From NCBI GenBank assembly GCA_017416845.1, contig JAFQBA010000100.1, positions 8,968 through 72,967 of the forward strand: 64,000 nt of DNA, given 5' to 3'. A model generated the notes under the pieces. It worked only from the letters and a program-made list of their open reading frames with translations. It was not told the DNA's origin and made no database searches. This DNA is from Clostridia bacterium (GTDB taxonomy: Bacteria > Bacillota > Clostridia > UMGS1810). A program made the position numbers and the translations under genes. Below are positions 50,459 to 60,573 of this stretch, piece by piece; position 1 is the first letter of the stretch, and each line of letters begins with the position of its first letter.

Positions 50459-53400
50459 CTATTTTGCTTTTGCAATAGATACCTCAGTCCAACTGTTCCA
50501 TGTGCCGGGGACACCGCCATTACTGCTGTAATATCCGTTGCCGTCTATTTTGACATATCTTGCACTCTGAAGTCCTATATCAAAGATTTCATAATCCGAA
50601 GACTTTCCGCTCGATGTGCCATTAAATACCTCGGTGTATTCTATATTATCTGCAGATACAGATATTCTGAGGCTATAATTACGAGAGTCCCCACTCATGA
50701 ATGACATAATAACCTTGTCAAACTCTGTCACCTTACCAAGGTCAACAATAATGTACTGTGCCCCTTCAGCCGACCAACGAGTAGCAAGATTTCTGTCAAT
50801 AAGCGAAGATGCCGGATTTTCTGCCTGAGGTTCTGAACTTGGTTCAAGCTTCACAATTTCACATTCTGTAACATTGTCCACAGGCAACTGTTTCATTTTG
50901 TTATAGTATATTTTGTAGATTGTTTTTCTGGTTGGTTCGTTTTTATCGGAAACAATAACCAACGTACAACCATCAAGGTCCGCCGCTTTATTTATGCTTA
51001 CATTATACTTTGTGCTTTCAGCAATCACATCAGGCACGCTTGTTGCAGAAGATGGTAAAATATGATTTATCAGAGTCTGCAGATTATTATATGTAACACC
51101 GCCTACAGAAATTCTGTCAAGCACAGGTCGTTCAGGAATTTCGCCATCAGCAATTGTCCAGGAAGCAATCGGCATATCGAAAGCATTGACATCTGCTCCG
51201 TCTTCCACTGTGCAAGGAGTAAACTTGGCTGTTATGTTGACATTTCCCGAAGCGGTGAGTTCAAGACGAATAGTTGTTTTTCGTGTATCATCTGCTATTC
51301 CATCGGGATGCGGACTTGTGGGAAGCGGTTCACACGGAACTACGCTCAATCTGAAGTTCTGATTTGACACAAAATCAATTGTGATATAATTATTCGGATT
51401 GAGCGGATCCGAAACCTTAACACTCTTACCATCAGCATTTACCTCTGCCTTTTTATCGGTTATCATGTGCCAATATACTTTGCTGTTGTCATTGGTAAGC
51501 TCTATTTCGTCACGAAGAACAATACTTCGTCGGTCATCTGTCATCTGCATTGCTCTTTCAGCTTTTTTTGCCTTGCCCAAATGCGTATCTGTCATATCAA
51601 GCACCGCAATAGCGCCTCTCGGCTTTGATTCAAAGCGTGTCATCATTGCCTTTACATTCGGGTCATACTCGCCATATTCATCAGGATTTATGAAAATTGT
51701 ACTGTGAGCTTCTGCTCTCATACGATAGTATGACCAACGAGGACTGGCTTCATCGGCATCACTGAAATAATTGGGAAGATTGTAGTTGTCAGAACTAAGT
51801 TCAAGAGTCCACTGTATTCCATTGGCATAGAAATCAAACTTGCCGACATCCATATGTCCATGTGCAGCACCCGGAGTACCACCCTTTAATCCGGCAAGCA
51901 CGGTGTGCTTTTCTCTATCCCAGCTGTCTCTCATGCTGACAAGCTGCTGATCGCTGTATATGTGATCAAGACTAAGTTCCATATCACCGCTGAGTTGTTC
52001 CGGTCTATACCACAACATGCCTCTTACACTGAGTGGGAAATCGAACATTTTGCTGAGAGCAGAAATGGTTTCATGCTCACCATAATGATCACAGAGCCAC
52101 ATTGCCATCGGATCGAAAGCTACTGCCTGACTGCTGCCATCGGCATATGCAATACAACCCATGGAGCTTTGCATATAAAGATAGAACTGTGAAACCTTAT
52201 CAAGTCCATCAGTTGCATCCATTGAATATACAGTATTGAGTACTTTTTTGATTGAAGCCAGCTGATAGCTGAGATATTCAAGAGACATTGAGCCATATCC
52301 CATGCCCTCATACCATGAACCTTCGGGTGCATATCCTTTGATTGCATATTCGACACATCTTAAAGATTCCGCAACACAATATGCCGCTTCTCTGGGGTAT
52401 ATATCCATAAAAGCAAGAGCCAGTGTTGCACCGCCTGCATTCATTACCTGATTGTGGTTTGCGGTGTTTGTAATACCACCCGACATTAGCGAGCTTCTGC
52501 CTTGATATCCTTCAACATAGTCAAAAAATCCGTTTTGGTAGGCACCTTTTTCAATAATCGCTCTCTGCTCGGGAGTAAATGCATCATACATCCAGTCATA
52601 GCCAATTGCAACACCAACAGCAAGACCGCCCACATCTATGTGATGCTCAGGATGCCATGATGGGAAGTTGGATACCGATTCAAGATCTATCCATGCACGG
52701 TCAGCATATTTTTTATCTCCGGTAAGCTGATAAGCCATACCGAGAACTGTCATGTTCCTTATCATGTCAAGTGATACATACCACAGTCTCACCCCATCGC
52801 GGAGCTCATATACAAGAGGTGTGGTATCTTTTAAATAACCATCGGCAGAATTTATCATTCCCTTTGCCCATTTTTTCATGGTTTCGTCGGTATTCATTAA
52901 TGCTTTTATTCTGTCAAAATCAGATTTGTCTGCCATCACTCTGGGATGAACACCTTTAAGTGCCGATGCATTATAATCAGCAGTAATCTTTTCGGAAGTG
53001 GGTCTTTCATAAAGAGCAAAGTCATTTAGGCGTTGAAGTTCATCACCCTCGGGCAAGATTATCTTTTTGTCGGACATAAGAATCATACCGCCGCTTATGG
53101 TTGAATTGTCATATACAAATTCTTTGCCAAGACCTTCGGTAGCAACGGCACGAAGCGGAACATACAACTCTGAGCCCAAAAGCTTTGCGGGTGCAGGAAG
53201 GATTTGTTCCTTGCCGGATACATCCATCTTATCGGAATATGCCATAAATGTAACGCCATCTATTGAGCCCTTGTTTGTTATGCTGTCAAAGTTTATGTCA
53301 CTTCCAAATGCAGTTTTGAAAAACATGAGCGGAACCATTGTAGTACCATTTTCGATAACAGGTTTAATTATTGTTTTTTCACCGTTTGCATAAAGCAGAC

Positions 53401-54751
53401 CACTTCTGGTGTGATATGAAACCTTGTCTGTCAAATAAGCAATCGTTTTGTCATCGCTCGGGTGTGCACTTTGGTCATCTTCAATCGCGAGCACTGCTCC
53501 GCCTGACACTTCGAGATTTTCTTTTGGTTCAACGCCACCATATACCACCATGTTATCAACATGGAATTCATCATCACCCGCCATGCGGTCGACATGAATA
53601 CGCCATGTCATAGCCTCATCGTGACGGTATCTGTAGTCCACCGGAAGTTCCTTTGCAATAAGCTCATAGTTAAGATACACATCATATGTGGAATCAATCA
53701 CATTATAAACAGTGGAAATTGTTTGCCACTCATCAACCGGAAGTTTGATTCTTGAATTTCCTGCTGTAAGAGTCCCGTTCACAACGGAAAAATGGCGAAA
53801 ATAATTGGAAGTTTTACTTTTGATTGTAGATATGAATTGCACATCAGAACTTTTCAACTTAACATCAAACTCATAAACAAGAGAATCCGATGTATAGCTT
53901 TGAGTATTCATATCAAGATGAAAATCTTGTGCCCCCTTACGCTTAAAGAGACATACACCCTCTCCGGTTTCGTCATTATACTGTTGAAGAATGTTGTCTT
54001 TATATTGATAAGCACCTGCTACACGTTTTCCTTCGGTAAAATCGGTTAGTGTATATACTTTGTCGGTTACACCGTGGGATTTTTCAGAATACTCCGTAAC
54101 AGAAGGGTCATAGAGAGCTTTAGGATATGAGCTCATTGCTTTTCCCTTACCGATATTGATATTGTCAAGAAGTGCCGTACCCCCAACAGAAGAGCTAAGC
54201 TCAAAAAGGACTGAGGTGGGCTCTTTTACTGCAAAACTGGCAACATAATAGTTATTTTTCATGCATTTGCCGCCAACATAGAGGCTGTATCTTGATTTAT
54301 CAACATTAAATTCAATTGTGACATTTTGCATATTTTTGTTTATTCCGGTAACCTCACTGCCATTGTGAGTACAAAGCATACCTTTTGCAAACTGCAATAC
54401 CGAAAATTCACCACCGGATGAATTTTTCAACTTAACTCCACCGTTAAGCTTGCCTGTAGAACTAATGTCAAATGATATGAAAAATTTACCACTAAGAGGA
54501 ACTGAAACCTCGGCCATCTGCAAACCGCCGGTCAGTTCAAAGCGCAGAGCCTTTTCTTCCATATCATACTCAGCCACTCTTGCTCCTCTGCCTACTACAC
54601 TGATATTTGCGGGCACCTCATTGGTTGAAGTTGAGTTAAATGACTGATTATATAACAGTTCGCTATTTTCGGCAGCAAAAGCCGGCAAGGATGATACAAT
54701 CATACCAGCTGACAACATACCGGACAAAAACTTTTTGAAAATTTTGTTCAT
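50459..54751 (-). CDS. Secreted heparinase II/III-like polysaccharide lyase with C-terminal F5/8 type C domain
   Basis: 1430 aa with a signal peptide (..PAFA). SWHPEHHIDVGGLAVGVAIGYDWMY, ANHNQVMNAGG, PEGSWYEGMGYG, HGHMDVGKFDF and RAEAHST. The C-terminus has TRWSAEGAQYIIVDLG...ARYVKI. Confidence 0.75.
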   Translation of the reverse strand: MNKIFKKFLSGMLSAGMIVSSLPAFAAENSELLYNQSFNSTSTNEVPANISVVGRGARVAEYDMEEKALRFELTGGLQMAEVSVPLSGKFFISFDISSTGKLNGGVKLKNSSGGEFSVLQFAKGMLCTHNGSEVTGINKNMQNVTIEFNVDKSRYSLYVGGKCMKNNYYVASFAVKEPTSVLFELSSSVGGTALLDNINIGKGKAMSSYPKALYDPSVTEYSEKSHGVTDKVYTLTDFTEGKRVAGAYQYKDNILQQYNDETGEGVCLFKRKGAQDFHLDMNTQSYTSDSLVYEFDVKLKSSDVQFISTIKSKTSNYFRHFSVVNGTLTAGNSRIKLPVDEWQTISTVYNVIDSTYDVYLNYELIAKELPVDYRYRHDEAMTWRIHVDRMAGDDEFHVDNMVVYGGVEPKENLEVSGGAVLAIEDDQSAHPSDDKTIAYLTDKVSYHTRSGLLYANGEKTIIKPVIENGTTMVPLMFFKTAFGSDINFDSITNKGSIDGVTFMAYSDKMDVSGKEQILPAPAKLLGSELYVPLRAVATEGLGKEFVYDNSTISGGMILMSDKKIILPEGDELQRLNDFALYERPTSEKITADYNASALKGVHPRVMADKSDFDRIKALMNTDETMKKWAKGMINSADGYLKDTTPLVYELRDGVRLWYVSLDMIRNMTVLGMAYQLTGDKKYADRAWIDLESVSNFPSWHPEHHIDVGGLAVGVAIGYDWMYDAFTPEQRAIIEKGAYQNGFFDYVEGYQGRSSLMSGGITNTANHNQVMNAGGATLALAFMDIYPREAAYCVAESLRCVEYAIKGYAPEGSWYEGMGYGSMSLEYLSYQLASIKKVLNTVYSMDATDGLDKVSQFYLYMQSSMGCIAYADGSSQAVAFDPMAMWLCDHYGEHETISALSKMFDFPLSVRGMLWYRPEQLSGDMELSLDHIYSDQQLVSMRDSWDREKHTVLAGLKGGTPGAAHGHMDVGKFDFYANGIQWTLELSSDNYNLPNYFSDADEASPRWSYYRMRAEAHSTIFINPDEYGEYDPNVKAMMTRFESKPRGAIAVLDMTDTHLGKAKKAERAMQMTDDRRSIVLRDEIELTNDNSKVYWHMITDKKAEVNADGKSVKVSDPLNPNNYITIDFVSNQNFRLSVVPCEPLPTSPHPDGIADDTRKTTIRLELTASGNVNITAKFTPCTVEDGADVNAFDMPIASWTIADGEIPERPVLDRISVGGVTYNNLQTLINHILPSSATSVPDVIAESTKYNVSINKAADLDGCTLVIVSDKNEPTRKTIYKIYYNKMKQLPVDNVTECEIVKLEPSSEPQAENPASSLIDRNLATRWSAEGAQYIIVDLGKVTEFDKVIMSFMSGDSRNYSLRISVSADNIEYTEVFNGTSSGKSSDYEIFDIGLQSARYVKIDGNGYYSSNGGVPGTWNSWTEVSIAKAK

Positions 54752-54786
54752 AAGTCAAACCTCATTTCTCTGGTGTTGTTCTTCAC

Positions 54787-56652
54787 CTACATAGCTGTCT
54801 TTGACACAAGCTTTACTCTGTCAGACAAAAATTCTATCTCATCTTCTCCTGCTGCCTCATATGCGATATTCACAATCTTTTTGTCGGGATACGGATTTGT
54901 ATACACAGCTTTGTAATACAACTTTCCGTCTATAACAATTGGCTTGCTTGCTCCCAAAAGTCGGCTATAGTCTTCGCTGCCTTTTTCAAGGTTACAGTTT
55001 GCAATGTTAAAGCCGTATCTTACCTGAAGAAGAGTGTCGGAACCATCAGAATATGTAACACGGTAGTGACCGAGAATCCAGTCTTCATCATAAATATATT
55101 TTCCGCACCAAAAATAACCATCTTGTCTTTGTGTATCTGTTGTGTGAATAATTTCAATATAGTCATCAGAAACAAAGTTATTGATATATCTCGAATGAAG
55201 TTCTGTTTCGGTATTAGCAAGAAGCTCTGCCATATTATCAATAGTATAAGTGTTACTCCAAAGAACATATGCAGTTGTTACGAGAGCATAGTTCTGCTGA
55301 TTCCTTTGCATATACTCTTCCTCGCTGTAGCCCCAGTTTGAGCAAAAAGCACCTTTTACACTTTGAGAAACTTCGCGATAATTTTGATGCTCAATAGCAA
55401 CGTAATTGCCATATACCATTTCAAATCCAAGGCTATCGGTAAGATATTTTTGGTCATCCGGATCACAAAGAGACCAATACCAATTGAGAAGTATTATGTC
55501 ATTTGGAAGTTTTTCTCTGGAAGGGTACATCTCGGGTATGCCGAATTCTTCTCTGTAGGAACCGCCTACGGGAATTCCGTCAACATATGCATGAAGCAAT
55601 TTATCACACCACATCATTGCCCTTACACCCTTGGTGTGCAGATAATCGTTTATTTTAACTATATCACCTACAAAAAGCTCAACGGGATCTTTTCCCGTAC
55701 ATTTGTCACATAAAGCTATTGTATAGACCTCATCATGTCCAATGTTAAGATACTCCGGTTGGAAAACATCAACAACTTCATCTATAATATCAAAAACGAT
55801 TTCATATGATTTTGGGTTAGACGGACAATATGTATCCGGATATTGGTCGTATACTCTTTCGTTCAAATCGGGATGTGCCATAACAATGTAGTCGGAATGG
55901 CTTAAGGAAGGAACTTCGGGGATAACGGTGATTTCACGTTCCTTACAATATTTTACAATTCGTCTTACATCATCCTGAGAAATATAGCTACCGCCTCCGT
56001 TTTCGGAATGGATGGAGTCTTTTGCGTATTGCATTTGAGGAGTTTCACGCTGAATACGGTTGGCTTCGCCGGGTATGGAATTGACATGTGTACAAAACTC
56101 AACCCACTTTTCATTAATTTCCGGGTGGCGTTTATATTCCATAGCACCACCAACTTCCATTATGACACTGTTATATTTATAATACACAAGAGTGTCTATC
56201 ATTGCTTCAAAGGCATCAAGACTTTCCTTGCCGGGCAAATAGACTCTGTAGCCGCGAACCGCCTTGTCGGGAGCATCAAACAAAAGCATTTCCTTGATGT
56301 TGTCCGAATCAATAAGCTGTTTTAAAGTGGATACTCCATAAATAAGACCACGTGTGCCCGATGAGCAAATGTTAATGCTGTCAGATTTAATATCAATCAC
56401 ATATGCCTCATCACATTCTATATAGGCATCTCCTATTTGACTTTTCAAATCATCACTCACGCCCAAAGAAAGTTTAACAACGATCTTTTTACCATTATCA
56501 AAGCATTTTGAGACAACTTTTTGAGCGTATTTTACTGCATAGCAATCAAGTTCAGATACAACAGTAGAATCGTTGCCAATCTTAAATGAACTGTCATCTT
56601 CTTTAGTATTAATATAATTATATTCAAAGAACATATTTTTTAATTTAGTCAT
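54787..56652 (-). CDS. GH20-like beta-N-acetylhexosaminidase family protein (variant GHDE motif), cytoplasmic
   Basis: 621 aa with GAGGTG RBS and no signal peptide. VRGYRVYLPG..., VIMEVGG and YLNIGHDEVY occupy the position of the GH20 H.GGDE motif. Confidence 0.5.
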   Translation of the reverse strand: MTKLKNMFFEYNYINTKEDDSSFKIGNDSTVVSELDCYAVKYAQKVVSKCFDNGKKIVVKLSLGVSDDLKSQIGDAYIECDEAYVIDIKSDSINICSSGTRGLIYGVSTLKQLIDSDNIKEMLLFDAPDKAVRGYRVYLPGKESLDAFEAMIDTLVYYKYNSVIMEVGGAMEYKRHPEINEKWVEFCTHVNSIPGEANRIQRETPQMQYAKDSIHSENGGGSYISQDDVRRIVKYCKEREITVIPEVPSLSHSDYIVMAHPDLNERVYDQYPDTYCPSNPKSYEIVFDIIDEVVDVFQPEYLNIGHDEVYTIALCDKCTGKDPVELFVGDIVKINDYLHTKGVRAMMWCDKLLHAYVDGIPVGGSYREEFGIPEMYPSREKLPNDIILLNWYWSLCDPDDQKYLTDSLGFEMVYGNYVAIEHQNYREVSQSVKGAFCSNWGYSEEEYMQRNQQNYALVTTAYVLWSNTYTIDNMAELLANTETELHSRYINNFVSDDYIEIIHTTDTQRQDGYFWCGKYIYDEDWILGHYRVTYSDGSDTLLQVRYGFNIANCNLEKGSEDYSRLLGASKPIVIDGKLYYKAVYTNPYPDKKIVNIAYEAAGEDEIEFLSDRVKLVSKTAM

Positions 56653-56665
56653 GATTTACACCTCA

Positions 56666-57754
56666 TCATTTAAATATTTTTGTTACAAACAGTGAATTAT
56701 CACTACCAAACTTATCACAGCCTACCGGTTGCATCCATTCGGTAACGGTAATCAGCGCACAATCTTCATTTACCTGTGTTACACCAAAATTACCAAGTCT
56801 TGCTCCACGCTCAGGCACCACAATCTGTTCTGTATGACGGAGAATCCTCATTGTGTCGGTGTCCACCTCTGCCATAAAGAGCGGCGCACGATTGCGGAAC
56901 ACATGATCATTGTTCCCGGCTTTTCTGGTATATACAAGATAAAGTTTGCCACCACATTTCAGCCAGTGTGACTGGGTATTGTAGGTTGGTAGAATGTCGT
57001 CGGTGTCCCAACGCCAGATTTCGGGATCGGAAAAGTTTTTACAATCATCACTCACACTGTAGAGACCATAGCGGTCATTACGCATTGTAAGATAATATTT
57101 TCCGTTATAATATGTAACCGATGGTTCACAAAGCCCTCTGTCAATGTTAAAGGAGAGTTCGTTACTCATTTCTTTAAATTTCACATCAATGCCATCAAAA
57201 GAACATCTCATAACAGCAGAATAATAATATGGACCGCGGGGAATGTACACCGGAACAAGCAAATCACCATTCTCTGCTTCTGCAAGCTGAGAACAACCGG
57301 TGCCACATCCAACGGGATATACATCGCGGGGAGTATCAATAATTTTCATGGTTCTGTACTGTTCTTTTTCTATATCATAGGTAGCATACCATGTATCAGC
57401 TCTGGCTCCGCGCATGGGAGCAAGGTCGTCACCCTTGTAGCTCACAGTGTGCCCGAGAACTATGGGAGTGTTTGTGGCAGCATGCAAAATATGAGTTCCG
57501 TCACAGCCAAGAGTTCGGATGTTATTTTCGTCAATTTCAGTGGTGAAAGCACTATCCTGAGCAGGCTCTGTCCATGTTTTGCCACCGTCTGTGCTTTTGA
57601 GAACATATAGAGGCGAAAAAAGATCATCGCCATACACGTTCAGTTTTTGCGTGGTCAAAATCATGTTGTCATTGTCAAGTGCACAGGCACGGGCGTGAAC
57701 AAAACATTCTTTACCGTCGTAACCAAGCGGAATTTGATTTATTGAAAATTCCAT
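56666..57754 (-). CDS. Sialidase-fold/BNR-like beta-propeller protein (tentative)
   Basis: 362 aa with one clear Asp-box (STDGGKTWTEP) and no signal peptide. Confidence 0.35.
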   Translation of the reverse strand: MEFSINQIPLGYDGKECFVHARACALDNDNMILTTQKLNVYGDDLFSPLYVLKSTDGGKTWTEPAQDSAFTTEIDENNIRTLGCDGTHILHAATNTPIVLGHTVSYKGDDLAPMRGARADTWYATYDIEKEQYRTMKIIDTPRDVYPVGCGTGCSQLAEAENGDLLVPVYIPRGPYYYSAVMRCSFDGIDVKFKEMSNELSFNIDRGLCEPSVTYYNGKYYLTMRNDRYGLYSVSDDCKNFSDPEIWRWDTDDILPTYNTQSHWLKCGGKLYLVYTRKAGNNDHVFRNRAPLFMAEVDTDTMRILRHTEQIVVPERGARLGNFGVTQVNEDCALITVTEWMQPVGCDKFGSDNSLFVTKIFK

Positions 57755-57774
57755 ATATTTTCTTCCTTTCTATA

Positions 57775-58812
57775 TCATATATAGCCTATATCCATTTCTA
57801 ATGTATCGCTTTTTATTTCATCTTTTCCGAAGTATGCCTCAAAAACTGCTTCGGCAATATCATATCGGGCATTACCCCATCCCGAATTTGACATAACAAT
57901 AATATCAAAATCGTCTTCGGGAATCTGCATATGTAGTGTTCTGAATCCCTCATGACCGCCGTTATGGGTAATGCGTTTTTTACCGTGCCACATATTCACG
58001 CTACATCCCATGCCCATTGAGCTTACGGGAGATGGAGTCAAAATCTCATCCCAGGTTTGGGGTTTGAGAAGCATTTTATTTTTTATTGCAAGGTTAAGGC
58101 AATAGACATCATCAACAGTACCGATTATATCACCCGCACCAAGCATCCAGTCGGCACATCGGCAAGCAGGCACAACTTTATCACCTTCAAGTTTATAGCC
58201 TGTTACTCGGTTTGCCACATTCAGATTTATGTCATCAACAAACGCCGTTGCCATGCCCAAGGGAGAAAAAACTTCTTTTTGCATATAATCGGCATATTTC
58301 ATGCCGGTTATATTTTCTATTGCAAGTGCACAAGGTATCATGTTTACATTGGCATACATACCTTGCGTTCCCGGTTCAAATAATTGCGGATATTCCGAAA
58401 GCTCTTTTAAATGCTCTCGCATATGCATTGGCAACCCACAAGTATATTTTTTGTCAAATTCGGCTGTCTGAACAAAATCTGGCAAACCGCTGATGTGGTG
58501 AAGCATGTGGCGAATTGTAACTCTCTGGTCAAAACCTTTTGCTTCGGGCACATATTTGCTCGGGTGACAATCTATATCAATGAGATTTTTATCCTTAAGT
58601 TTCAAAAGACCAATCACCAGAAACGGCTTGGACAAAGAGTAAAATGTAAACATTGATTTCGGACTAAACTCTGTTTTATCTTCAATATTTGCAAAACCGA
58701 TATATCTTTCGTAAATCACTTCACCTTTGGAAGTAACTCTTATTATTCCGGAATTTCTGTTGTTTTTGTAGTACTCGTCCAAATAAGCATTCATTTGGTC
58801 ACAAAATCCCAT
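57775..58812 (-). CDS. Beta-lactamase-related serine hydrolase
   Basis: ORF 57775..58824. ATG at 58812 after AAGGTGG. S-x-x-K motif (YSLSKPF) and Y-x-N motif (YANVN). Confidence 0.65.
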   Translation of the reverse strand: MGFCDQMNAYLDEYYKNNRNSGIIRVTSKGEVIYERYIGFANIEDKTEFSPKSMFTFYSLSKPFLVIGLLKLKDKNLIDIDCHPSKYVPEAKGFDQRVTIRHMLHHISGLPDFVQTAEFDKKYTCGLPMHMREHLKELSEYPQLFEPGTQGMYANVNMIPCALAIENITGMKYADYMQKEVFSPLGMATAFVDDINLNVANRVTGYKLEGDKVVPACRCADWMLGAGDIIGTVDDVYCLNLAIKNKMLLKPQTWDEILTPSPVSSMGMGCSVNMWHGKKRITHNGGHEGFRTLHMQIPEDDFDIIVMSNSGWGNARYDIAEAVFEAYFGKDEIKSDTLEMDIGYI

Positions 58813-58834
58813 GGCACACACCACCTTACAACAT

Positions 58835-60277
58835 TTATCTATCTTGAATTAATCTTGATGCAATTGTAGTCAACCTGATGTGTCTGAAAAGATATGTATC
58901 ATCATCAACCACACGTCTTATGTTCCATACTCTTTCACACATTGCCGCAAGATTTTCCATAATAAAGTTAATCTCTTGCTCATAGGTCAGTGTCCATGCA
59001 CAAACCATGCCACCAAGAACTTTGTCTGTGGGAGCGACAGTGATTGGATTAAGACAGGCTTCAGACTTCGGCCACCAGTGTTGCCAGTTGTATACATTCC
59101 ATTTCAAAATATCTCTGGGATCCCAACGCTCTCTGTAGTGAGAAACGATGTAGAGAGGTTGCCACGAACAGTTGATAATCGAAAAACCTTCCTCCAGAAG
59201 TTCACCGGGAAGATGATAACGTGTTTCCCACGAGATAACAATAACATCCTTCGATATGTGGTGTGCCCCCTCTTTGGGAAATCCTTCCCACACAAGGGGA
59301 GTTTTGCCAAGAGACAACACATAATCGGTAACACGGCCAATATATTCACAGAACAATTCTTTTTCGTCGGCAATGCCGTGCTCGTTCATATATTCTTTGC
59401 AAACTGTGCAATTATTCCACTGCTTAATGTTGACCTCATCACCGCCGATGTTTATGTAAGGACTCTCGGGGAACATATCACAAATCTCTTTGAGCAATGT
59501 TTTTGTCGCTTCCCAGGTCACTTCGCTCCCTGCACAGAGGACATTGCTTGTATCAAGATACACTCCTCTTTCGGTGACAATTCCCTCTGTTTGTGTTTCA
59601 AGCTTATCAGCAAACACCTCGGGATAGGTTTTAACAAGCACGGGGCAATGGCCGGGACATTCAAATTCGGGAACGATGATTATGCCGCAAGATTCCGCAT
59701 AGTCATTCAAGAATTCTATCTGCTCGCGAGTGTAACTTCTGTTTGGCTTTGCAAGCTTTGGAAATGCAGTGGACGGCAAGGTGTAGAGCACGCTGTCAAT
59801 GAAATGCAGGTGCAAATATTTCACCTTATACAAAAAACAAATATCAATATATCTCAAAAGCTTATCAAAGGGATGCCATTTACGAGAAAGATCCACCATC
59901 AATGAACGGTATTCTTTGTCGCCGTAGTCCTCAATGAACACCTCTGCACATTCAATTCCGTTATCGGTGCTTTCTAAAATCTGTAAAACCGTTGCCATTG
60001 CAAAAAGCATACCATCTTTGTCGGGGGCATAAACTTTCAGTACATTGTCTTCTGTTTTTATGGCATAGTGAGCTTTTTCAAGGCTATTGTCACGATAAAA
60101 TTCTATGCCGCCTCTTTCAAGTTTGAGTTCGCTTTCATATATTCTTTCAAATGCATCTGAAAAGTAGCCAAAACTCTTTTCAAATTCACCATTATCAAAA
60201 TATACACAGGTTTTCAGCAAAAAAACTTTATCTTCATCTATTTCCATTTTTTTTGGAGTTGGTATTACACTAATCAT
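58835..60277 (-). CDS. GH20 beta-N-acetylhexosaminidase family protein
   Basis: ORF 58835..60298. The ATG at 60277 lies 6 nt after AAGGAGA. RSLMVDLSRKW, YLHLHFIDS and YINIGGDEV (GH20 catalytic D-E motif). Confidence 0.65.
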   Translation of the reverse strand: MISVIPTPKKMEIDEDKVFLLKTCVYFDNGEFEKSFGYFSDAFERIYESELKLERGGIEFYRDNSLEKAHYAIKTEDNVLKVYAPDKDGMLFAMATVLQILESTDNGIECAEVFIEDYGDKEYRSLMVDLSRKWHPFDKLLRYIDICFLYKVKYLHLHFIDSVLYTLPSTAFPKLAKPNRSYTREQIEFLNDYAESCGIIIVPEFECPGHCPVLVKTYPEVFADKLETQTEGIVTERGVYLDTSNVLCAGSEVTWEATKTLLKEICDMFPESPYINIGGDEVNIKQWNNCTVCKEYMNEHGIADEKELFCEYIGRVTDYVLSLGKTPLVWEGFPKEGAHHISKDVIVISWETRYHLPGELLEEGFSIINCSWQPLYIVSHYRERWDPRDILKWNVYNWQHWWPKSEACLNPITVAPTDKVLGGMVCAWTLTYEQEINFIMENLAAMCERVWNIRRVVDDDTYLFRHIRLTTIASRLIQDR

Positions 60278-60513
60278 CACATATCTCCTTGCAAGCAACC
60301 GTTCGCGTTACTATAAAATAATTTTTTATAATTATATCACAAAATCACATTTAATTAATAGCAAAATATGTCCAAAATAAATCAAACTATATTCCAAGCA
60401 TGTTTATGTCATCTCGTCCAAAAGTGCTATAAATTTCCATTCGATACCTTTTTCTTCTTCCGTTAAGATGCATTACGCCTATATTACGACGGATAATTGG
60501 AATTTGAGTTAAG

Positions 60514-60542
60514 TTGACAAAATAAAATAAAGGTGTTAAAAT
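60514..60542 (+). promoter_or_regulatory. Near-consensus extended -10 sigma-A promoter of the acetyltransferase gene
   Basis: TTGACA (60514-19), 17-nt spacer ending TGT, TAAAAT (60537-42), 32 nt upstream of the ATG at 60574. Confidence 0.6.
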
Positions 60543-60573
60543 GTAGTCGAATTTTTTAACGGCGGGTGAAAAA

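Noticed and set aside
1669-54751. Dockerin, cohesin or LPXTG anchoring signals on the lyases
   Set aside because: I looked for paired D.N.DG calcium-binding dockerin repeats and a C-terminal LPXTG plus hydrophobic tail, and saw none.
58880-59905. 341-aa plus-strand ORF
   Set aside because: It lies entirely antisense inside the GH20 gene 58835..60277, has a Cys/His/Phe-rich low-complexity composition, and has no RBS. It is a shadow ORF.
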